This document shows, piece after piece, positions 28,261 through 34,754 of a DNA stretch of 64,000 nt. The DNA lies in NCBI GenBank assembly GCA_016290415.1, contig JAEETP010000002.1, positions 6,949 to 70,948 on the forward strand, given 5' to 3'. The DNA is from Bacteroidales bacterium. GTDB taxonomy: Bacteria; Bacteroidota; Bacteroidia; Bacteroidales; UBA932. Each line of letters begins with the position of its first letter. Position 1 is the first letter of the stretch. The notes beneath the pieces are model-generated. The model did no database searches. It was not told the origin of the DNA and saw only the letters and a program-made list of their open reading frames with translations. A program made the position numbers and the translations under genes.

Positions 28261-28516
28261 TCGTCCCACCAAACCGCCTCGCCCCCACTTCGACACGGGC
28301 CGTCCTATGGGCCGCGGAGGCGCAGAGGACTTTAGGAAGGTCGCCGGGGGTGATGTCGCCAAGGGGTGCTATCTACTTTTAAACGGGTATGGCGGTTTGG
28401 TGGGACAGGGGTGGAGAGAGCGACGGGGCAGATAGAGTCCGGAGCTTGAATTCTTTCAGGGGCAGATTTTTGCCCGGAAAGAATTGCAAGCGGAGGCATC
28501 TGCCACGAGCGGATGT
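28261..28516 (+). repeat. structured repeat, copy B (full length, inverted relative to copy A)
   Basis: See copy A. Perfect long-range stem 28265-28278 / 28391-28404. Hairpin 28444-28457 / 28477-28491. Confidence 0.7.
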
Positions 28517-28586
28517 CGTTATTTTGGAGTCACAAGAAATGTGGTTATATTTGCCTTGTCTAAGGATAAAGCAAGTGCGCTACATA

Positions 28587-28625
28587 AAACAGAATACCAG
28601 CCCTAACTGGTTTTCTGTTTTTTTA
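28587..28625 (+). terminator. intrinsic terminator-like hairpin plus T-run downstream of repeat copy B
   Basis: aaacagaataccag / ctggttttctgttt forms a 14-bp stem with one mismatch and loop ccctaa, followed by a T-run. No plus-strand CDS lies upstream. Confidence 0.55.
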
Positions 28626-28668
28626 TTAATCGCACTTCACATATAACGATTGATGACTGAAGCGAGAG

Positions 28669-29157
28669 ATGATAGATTCTTCTGAATTATTTGTTCTGTA
28701 CAGACAGTATGAAAGTGGCGGCAAGATTTGGTTAATGTTGGGGCTTTCGAGCACTGATTCTGATTACGATGACATTTTGAAAATAGCAGAGTGCTTGGCT
28801 ATAGAGGGGCACGAGGTCAAGATTCTTCGTGCAGTTCACTATAAAGATCCGCTCTATAACCTGATATTTGGGGAATTGGAGGATACTCGCTACTATCGAA
28901 AATGTCCGGACCTATGGGTAGACGGCTATTATGTCGAATATGAATCATACTCCACACCTCTTCCAAGGAACGCTTTCCGTAATATGCTGCATAACGGACT
29001 GGCGCAATCTGACTGTATCATCATACGCCATTGCAACTTAACAGATGGCTATATGATACGCACACTACGCGGTCACATTCATAATGGGGTCGCTGTGTCT
29101 AAGGTATGGATATTCAACGGAGAGAATCTTCGACTGTTATATAAAACTGAAGGCTGA
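28669..29157 (+). CDS. hypothetical protein (162 aa)
   Basis: AT-richer ORF with no overlapping alternative. KCPDLWVDGYYVEYES is faintly reminiscent of PD-(D/E)xK nuclease cores but lacks the canonical Lys. No family assigned. Confidence 0.5.
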   Translation: MIDSSELFVLYRQYESGGKIWLMLGLSSTDSDYDDILKIAECLAIEGHEVKILRAVHYKDPLYNLIFGELEDTRYYRKCPDLWVDGYYVEYESYSTPLPRNAFRNMLHNGLAQSDCIIIRHCNLTDGYMIRTLRGHIHNGVAVSKVWIFNGENLRLLYKTEG

Positions 29158-29255
29158 CGAGAAACTCGCCAGCCCAGTATGCAGCGAATCCGTAGAATCG
29201 CTACTGCAAATGTACGACTATTATCGGATTATCAAAACTTTTTTTAACCGCCACC

Positions 29256-29309
29256 GGCAGACTATTGCCCGGGAAGAATTGCAAGCGGAGGCATCTGCCC
29301 CAAGCGGAT
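29256..29309 (+). repeat. structured repeat, copy C (truncated, 3'-terminal 54 nt, direct with copy B)
   Basis: ggcagactattgcccgggaagaattgcaagcggaggcatctgccccaagcggat matches 28461-28514 position for position, with about six differences by my hand count. Confidence 0.65.
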
Positions 29310-29314
29310 TATAA

Positions 29315-29347
29315 CAAAAAAAATGGACGGCAATAATTGCCATCCAT
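29315..29347 (-). terminator. intrinsic terminator of rplU-rpmA
   Basis: Hairpin atggacggcaa / ttgccatccat. The single C:A mismatch becomes G:U on the minus strand. The A8 run at 29315-22 gives a U-run on the minus strand, 25 nt after the rpmA stop. Confidence 0.65.
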
Positions 29348-29372
29348 CTACTGTAAGGGTTAGACCCTGTCT

Positions 29373-29642
29373 TTACGCCTCAGCGCCCTTGGCGGGAACT
29401 ATAGAGACATAAGACTTGTTTTCACGGGTCTTCTTGAATGCCACTGTACCATCGACCAACGCATAAAGAGTATGGTCCCTGCCCATTCCGACGTTTTCGC
29501 CGGGATTGTGTACAGTGCCTCTCTGACGCACCAGGATGTTGCCAGCCTTGGCAACCTGACCGCCAAACAATTTAACGCCCAAGCGTTTGCTTTCCGATTC
29601 ACGGCCGTTCTTGGAACTACCGACACCTTTTTTGTGAGCCAT
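29373..29642 (-). CDS. rpmA: 50S ribosomal protein L27
   Basis: [24 protein letters not shown] is the canonical L27 N-terminus. Confidence 0.95.
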   Translation of the reverse strand: MAHKKGVGSSKNGRESESKRLGVKLFGGQVAKAGNILVRQRGTVHNPGENVGMGRDHTLYALVDGTVAFKKTRENKSYVSIVPAKGAEA

Positions 29643-29653
29643 AATCTTTAGTT

Positions 29654-29962
29654 TTAAGCGATTTCGTCAATTTGGATTTTGGTAAGATACTGACGGTGAC
29701 CGTTTTTCTTAGTCATACCTTTGCGGCGGATCTTGTGGAAAACGATAACCTTGTCAGCTTTGCAATGCTCCATAACGGTAGCTTTGACAGTAGCACCGGC
29801 TACATAGGGTGAGCCGACCTGGACAGAACCTTCATTGTCAACGAGAAGCACCTTGTCAAAATTTACGGAAGAATCCACGTCTGCTGCCAGACGGTTCACG
29901 AAAATCTTGCTGCCCTTCTCAACCTTGAACTGCTGTCCTGCAATATCAACGATTGCGTACAT
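29654..29962 (-). CDS. rplU: 50S ribosomal protein L21
   Basis: [17 protein letters not shown]...[11 protein letters not shown] is the canonical L21 pattern. Confidence 0.95.
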   Translation of the reverse strand: MYAIVDIAGQQFKVEKGSKIFVNRLAADVDSSVNFDKVLLVDNEGSVQVGSPYVAGATVKATVMEHCKADKVIVFHKIRRKGMTKKNGHRQYLTKIQIDEIA

Positions 29963-30102
29963 AAAATAATTTTTAAAAATTATTAGCCGTAAGCGGATAT
30001 TTCAATTTAAATACCTCTTTGTCAATGGCTTATCGACTGTCTATAACCCTTTTGGGGAGTGCAAAGATACTAATATTATTTGAATTGCAAAATAATTGTA
30101 TT

Positions 30103-30110
30103 TACATTTG
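30103..30110 (+). promoter_or_regulatory. candidate -7 promoter box (TACATTTG)
   Basis: TAnnTTTG match 25 nt upstream of the ATG at 30136. Confidence 0.4.
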
Positions 30111-30135
30111 TAACACTCCTGTTATTTGGAATGGT

Positions 30136-31191
30136 ATGGTATCTTACTTCGACAGTCAGCACCCCGCACACCGGGACAAATTGATATTCCGTCCGGAAGA
30201 GACATCCCGCCTGGCGGAACAGATAAAAGAGAAATCATTCACCACGCTCTATTCTGCGCCCGGTTTCGGCAAGAGCATACTGGTAAACAAGGCTCTGGGA
30301 CAGCTTAAGGACGAGGGCTATCCCACCACTGTAGTAACTCTGGATCTGTTCAACGTGACCAGCGCCCAGGCTCTGGCCGGCCTCTATGTCAAACTTTTCA
30401 AAAAATATATCGACGACTATAACAAAGACGCCCTGCTGCCCATCAGAATCGACCTGGACAACGTCAGTCTCTCGATAGCCGTCAATCTGCCCAATCTGCT
30501 CTCAAGCGTCACCGACATCAACTTCGTGGTCTGGTTCAAAGAATTCCAGAACATACTGCAGATGGAAGAGGGCGAGAAGATACTGAAGCTGATGGAAAAG
30601 GAGGTGGCCAGCCACAAGGACGTGGCCTACATCGTTACGGGAGAGCAGCTAAACAAGATGAAGGATATCTTCGAAAAGAAGAAATTTTTCTACAAGATAA
30701 ACTGCAACATTCCCCTGGGGCCGCTGCCCAAGAGCGACTGCATAACCTACCTGCGCAACGGCTTCCTGCTCTCGGGCAAAGACCTGGAGATGGAGACCGC
30801 CGACGCCATTTACAAGACCGCGGGCGGCTATCCCAAGGTCATCAACCGACTGGCGGCGATGTGCGACTCCCAGGCTCTGGGATACATCAACAAGAGGATT
30901 CTTCGCGGTGCCGTGGAGAGTTACTACAACGACAACGAATCGGCCTACAGATACACCGTCGGCAACCTGACCGCCAATCAGGTCAACTTTTTGAAAGCGG
31001 TGTGCGACGGGGCCCAGAAATTCAGCTCGGCCGAGGTTCTGAAGAAATACCGGCTGAACAGCAGCGCCAATGTTTTCCGCCTGAAAGAGGCGCTGTCCAA
31101 AAAAGAAATTGTGACATTCGATGCCGACGACCGGGCTTCCATTATTGACCCGATGTTTGAGCATTGGCTTAAAGAGAGATATTTCAAATGA
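30136..31191 (+). CDS. ATPase_2/DUF234-like AAA-type ATP-binding protein with atypical Walker motifs
   Basis: Start taken at MVSYFDSQ. The P-loop-like segment is SAPGFGKS. The Walker-B position reads VVWFKEFQ where this family usually has DEFQ. The C-terminal half is winged-helix-like. The upstream part of the track ORF is AT-rich leader. Confidence 0.6.
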   Translation: MVSYFDSQHPAHRDKLIFRPEETSRLAEQIKEKSFTTLYSAPGFGKSILVNKALGQLKDEGYPTTVVTLDLFNVTSAQALAGLYVKLFKKYIDDYNKDALLPIRIDLDNVSLSIAVNLPNLLSSVTDINFVVWFKEFQNILQMEEGEKILKLMEKEVASHKDVAYIVTGEQLNKMKDIFEKKKFFYKINCNIPLGPLPKSDCITYLRNGFLLSGKDLEMETADAIYKTAGGYPKVINRLAAMCDSQALGYINKRILRGAVESYYNDNESAYRYTVGNLTANQVNFLKAVCDGAQKFSSAEVLKKYRLNSSANVFRLKEALSKKEIVTFDADDRASIIDPMFEHWLKERYFK

Positions 31192-31880
31192 AAAAACTGG
31201 TGGTACTGACCGGCGCCGGTGTGAGCGCCGAGAGCGGAATAAGCACTTTCAGGGACAGCAACGGCCTCTGGGAGAATTATAACGTGGCCGACGTGGCCAC
31301 CATAGAGGGCTGGTGGCGCAACCGCGCCCTGGTGCTGGAATTCTACAACCAGCGCCGCGCCGAACTGGCCGACAAGAAGCCCAACGAGGCCCACAAACTG
31401 ATTGCTGCCCTGGAAAAGGATTTTGACGTGACGGTGGTCACCCAGAATATTGACAACCTGCACGAGCAGGGCGGCAGCACCAAAATCATCCATCTTCACG
31501 GCGAATCCACCAAAGTGCGCCCGGAGGACTGCGAGCAGGACTGCAAGACCATAGACGTGGGTTACAAGCCGGTAAACCTGGGCGATACCGACAGCCGCGG
31601 CGTGCAGCTGAGACCCAACATCGTGTGGTTCGGCGAGGCGGTGCCCAAGTTTGACGCAGCCGCCAGAATCGCCTCCCAGGCAGACATTATGCTTATTGTG
31701 GGCACCTCGCTGCAGGTATACCCCGCCGCCGGGCTGGTGCAATATGCCCCTGCCGGCATCCCCATCTATCTGATTGACCCCAAGCCCATCCACCTGAATA
31801 TGAAAGGCTTCACTCAGATAGAAGACGTGGCCACCAAGGGAATGGAGCGCTTTATGGAAATTGCCAAAACACTGAAATAA
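31188..31880 (+). CDS. cobB: SIR2-family NAD-dependent protein deacylase (short, Zn-Cys-less form)
   Basis: GAGVSAESGISTFR, TQNIDNLHE, catalytic HLHG, and VGTSLQVYPAA. Its ATG overlaps the ATPase stop (ATGA). Confidence 0.85.
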   Translation: MKKLVVLTGAGVSAESGISTFRDSNGLWENYNVADVATIEGWWRNRALVLEFYNQRRAELADKKPNEAHKLIAALEKDFDVTVVTQNIDNLHEQGGSTKIIHLHGESTKVRPEDCEQDCKTIDVGYKPVNLGDTDSRGVQLRPNIVWFGEAVPKFDAAARIASQADIMLIVGTSLQVYPAAGLVQYAPAGIPIYLIDPKPIHLNMKGFTQIEDVATKGMERFMEIAKTLK

Positions 31881-31895
31881 TCAAACTAAAACGAT

Positions 31896-33299
31896 ATGTC
31901 AGAGAAAATCTACAAACTGTTGAATGACAACGCGTGGGCGCGTTGGGGGGCATTGGTGTTGATTGCCTCTATGATGTTTTTTGCCTATATGTTCGTGGAC
32001 GTGATGTCCCCGCTCAAGAGCATGATCGAGGCCGAGAGGGGCTGGAGCAGCTCTGTGTTCGGCACTTACGCCGCCAGCGAATTCATACTGAATGTATGCG
32101 GCTTCCTGATTCTTGCCGGCATCATCCTGGACAAGATGGGTGTGCGCCACACCGGCGTGCTGTCGGCATCGCTTATGGTTGTGGGTGCCTGCATCAAATA
32201 TATCGGCATCAGCGACTGGTTCCAGACCACCTCTTTCTGCAACTGGCTGAACAGCTGGTGGACCGCACTCCCCGGCAGCGCCAAGATGGCTTCGCTTGGA
32301 TTTATGATATTCGGATGCGGCTGCGAGATGGCCGGCACCACTGTTTCCAAGGCCATCGCCAAATGGTTCAAGGGCAAGGAGATGTCGCTTGCAATGGGCA
32401 TCGAGATGGCCATCGCCCGCCTGGGCGTGTTTGCGGTGATGTGGATTTCTCCGCTCATCTACAACAAGTTCGGCACAGTTGTGGCCCCGCTCGCTTTCTG
32501 CGCAGCCCTGCTGTTCATAGGACTCATCTTCTTCATTGTCTTTACCGTGATGGACCGCAAGCTGGACAGCCAGCTGGTTGCCGCCGGCCTGATGGCATCC
32601 GAGAAGAGTCCCGAAGACGAATTCCACGTAAGCGACCTCAAACAGATATTCTCCAGCAAGATGTTCTGGATCGTGGCCCTGATGTGCGTGCTCTACTACA
32701 GCGCCATCTTCCCCTTCCAGCGTTACGCTCCCAACTATCTTGAAAGCACCCTTGGCATAGACGCCGGAACCGCCGCACACCTGTTCAGCTTCTTCCCCAT
32801 CCTGGCGATGGTACTGACCCCGTTCCTGGGCGGTTTCATCTCTTTCAAGGGCAAGGCGGCAAGTATGCTGCTGATAGGCTCGCTGATTATGGTGGCCTGC
32901 CACCTGAGCTTTGCCCTGCTGCTGCCGGCATTCCCCAGCAAGTGGCTGGCAATCACGCTGATATTGATTCTTGGCGTAAGTTTCTCTCTGGTGCCCGCCG
33001 CCCTCTGGCCTTCGGTGCCCAAGATCATAGACGAGAAAGTGCTTGGAAGCGCCTACTGCCTCATTTTCTGGGTTCAGAACATCGGCCTCTGCCTGGTGCC
33101 CCTGCTCATAGGCGTGGTGCTGGACAAGACCGGCGGATATCTGGCACCTATGCTGATATTCAGTTCGTTCGGAGTTTTGGCATTTATTTTTACCTTTATG
33201 CTGAAATTGGAAGACCGCAAGAAAGGCTATGGCCTGGAATTGCCCGAGGTGAAGAAAGATATTGTTGAACAAGAAGAAGCAAGTCATGAAACTGTTTAA
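31896..33299 (+). CDS. MFS transporter
   Basis: 467 aa with about 12 predicted hydrophobic helices and an MFS-like loop after TM2. Substrate unknown. Confidence 0.8.
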   Translation: MSEKIYKLLNDNAWARWGALVLIASMMFFAYMFVDVMSPLKSMIEAERGWSSSVFGTYAASEFILNVCGFLILAGIILDKMGVRHTGVLSASLMVVGACIKYIGISDWFQTTSFCNWLNSWWTALPGSAKMASLGFMIFGCGCEMAGTTVSKAIAKWFKGKEMSLAMGIEMAIARLGVFAVMWISPLIYNKFGTVVAPLAFCAALLFIGLIFFIVFTVMDRKLDSQLVAAGLMASEKSPEDEFHVSDLKQIFSSKMFWIVALMCVLYYSAIFPFQRYAPNYLESTLGIDAGTAAHLFSFFPILAMVLTPFLGGFISFKGKAASMLLIGSLIMVACHLSFALLLPAFPSKWLAITLILILGVSFSLVPAALWPSVPKIIDEKVLGSAYCLIFWVQNIGLCLVPLLIGVVLDKTGGYLAPMLIFSSFGVLAFIFTFMLKLEDRKKGYGLELPEVKKDIVEQEEASHETV

Positions 33300-34215
33300 C
33301 ACCATACTGCCCATGGCGCTTGCCGTCCTGCTTGCCGCAGGCTGCAACGGCGTGAATACCGGGCAGTTCAAGCAGCCCAAAGAGACTGCAAAGATTATCC
33401 ATACCACCAGTTTCCACCCGTCTGAAGCCAACCCGCTCGAGTGCGGCGAGCCTTTTGACGGAAACAATCTGTACCCCAACAAAGACGAGTATCTGGACAG
33501 CTACGGCAACCCGCTGCTGGAGACCTGGTATCATCCGGGCGGCGAGACTTTTATCTACGCCCGCTACTACTACTCCAACCACACTTTCGGACAGCTGGAG
33601 AAAGTGGTTCAGTATCAGCCGCCCATGAAACCCAAGGTGGCCAAGTTCACCCGCGACAAGAACGGCGCCGTTATAGGAATCTCCGAAACCATTATCCTTC
33701 CCGACAAATTCTTCGAGAAGAAAGAGGTGGACCGCACCTCCACCTTCAAGGAGACCACCGTGACTGACACCAAATCTGTAGAGAGCACCTCTACCCCGCT
33801 GGAGAACAACCAGCTTCAGGTTGACTACAAATCGACCCGCACCGATTCCGTGGTGGAGCTGGGCACCAAGGTCTACGACCAGAACACCGGCGCCCTCACT
33901 GAACACTCTGGCATTGAATATGATAAGACAGAGGTTAAGCGCGCTTTCGGAAAGAGATACGAATATACCCCCGAAGGCAAGGTTAAAAGACTTGTGAACA
34001 CCGACGCCACCGGCACCGGCTTCTACACCTGGGAGTATGACGACCACGGCAACTGGGTTGCATACAAATACTGGAAAGAGCCCGACGACGGCAACACTTA
34101 TACGCAGGACAAAGTGTATACATACAACGAAAACGGCGACTGGACCAAGTGCATCACCACCACCAACGGCGAGGTGGAAGCCATTGTGACCAGAACCATA
34201 GAGTATTTGAAATAA
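33286..34215 (+). CDS. lipoprotein of unknown function with YD/RHS-like short repeats
   Basis: MKLFNTILPMALAVLLAAGCNG lipobox. Repeated Y.Y(D/N)..GN(W/P) segments (YTWEYDDHGNWVAYKYW, YTYNENGDWTKC). Confidence 0.6.
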   Translation: MKLFNTILPMALAVLLAAGCNGVNTGQFKQPKETAKIIHTTSFHPSEANPLECGEPFDGNNLYPNKDEYLDSYGNPLLETWYHPGGETFIYARYYYSNHTFGQLEKVVQYQPPMKPKVAKFTRDKNGAVIGISETIILPDKFFEKKEVDRTSTFKETTVTDTKSVESTSTPLENNQLQVDYKSTRTDSVVELGTKVYDQNTGALTEHSGIEYDKTEVKRAFGKRYEYTPEGKVKRLVNTDATGTGFYTWEYDDHGNWVAYKYWKEPDDGNTYTQDKVYTYNENGDWTKCITTTNGEVEAIVTRTIEYLK

Positions 34216-34244
34216 TTATCACGAAACTATTAACATTCTATCCA

Positions 34245-34754
34245 ATGAAAAAGATCTTATCTGCTTTCGCTGCCCTCACCCTGGCAGTTATGACCATCAC
34301 CTCCTGCGGTATGCTTGGCAATTCCGCAGCCAATGCCAATACCTCTACCAGCGGCAGCACTACCGGTAATCTGCTCACCGCCCTGCTGGCTCAGTATCTC
34401 AAGGATGGCAAGTTGGACACTTCCAACCTCACCAACCTGATTAACCTGGCCAGCCTGGCTTCCAGCATCCAGAGCCTCAAGGGTAAACTGGGCAACAACT
34501 CTGCCCTCTCTGACTTCGCTGCAGGCCTGGTAAAGGGTTCCAACAACCAGATCAGCAACACCAACAGCTCCACTATCACCAATATTCTGGCCCAGCTGGC
34601 AAACAACATTGACCTTTCGTCACTTGCCTCGCTGCTGACCCGTGCCGGAGACGTGACAGAGGCAGAAGCTGCCCAGATCGCCAAGACAGAGGCTGTTACC
34701 TCTTCTGCAAGCGCTCTGGACAATGTCTTCAAGCTTATGAGCATTGCCAAGTAA
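34245..34754 (+). CDS. small low-complexity lipoprotein
   Basis: The ATG at 34245 gives MKKILSAFAALTLAVMTITSCG (lipobox). The sequence is S/N/L/A-rich and looks helical. Its stop overlaps the next start (TAATG). Confidence 0.55.
   Translation: MKKILSAFAALTLAVMTITSCGMLGNSAANANTSTSGSTTGNLLTALLAQYLKDGKLDTSNLTNLINLASLASSIQSLKGKLGNNSALSDFAAGLVKGSNNQISNTNSSTITNILAQLANNIDLSSLASLLTRAGDVTEAEAAQIAKTEAVTSSASALDNVFKLMSIAK

Noticed and set aside
25598-28516. The inverted repeats as a site-specific invertible (phase-variable) segment, like Bacteroides invertible promoters or shufflons.
   Set aside because: The repeats are long (about 255 nt) and only about three quarters identical. There is no long perfect core apart from short blocks, no recombinase gene is nearby, and the enclosed genes carry their own promoters in both orientations.
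28669-29157. The 162-aa protein as a PD-(D/E)xK nuclease toxin.
   Set aside because: PDLWVDG...EYES lacks the canonical Lys, and I cannot align it to any family by eye. It is kept as hypothetical.
31188-31880. The SIR2 protein as a Thoeris/DSR/SIR2-HerA-type NADase defence effector.
   Set aside because: At 230 aa, with the complete canonical sirtuin motif set and no extra sensor or effector domain, it looks like an ordinary short deacylase. Only the coupling to the ATPase is reported, as a moderate-interest finding.
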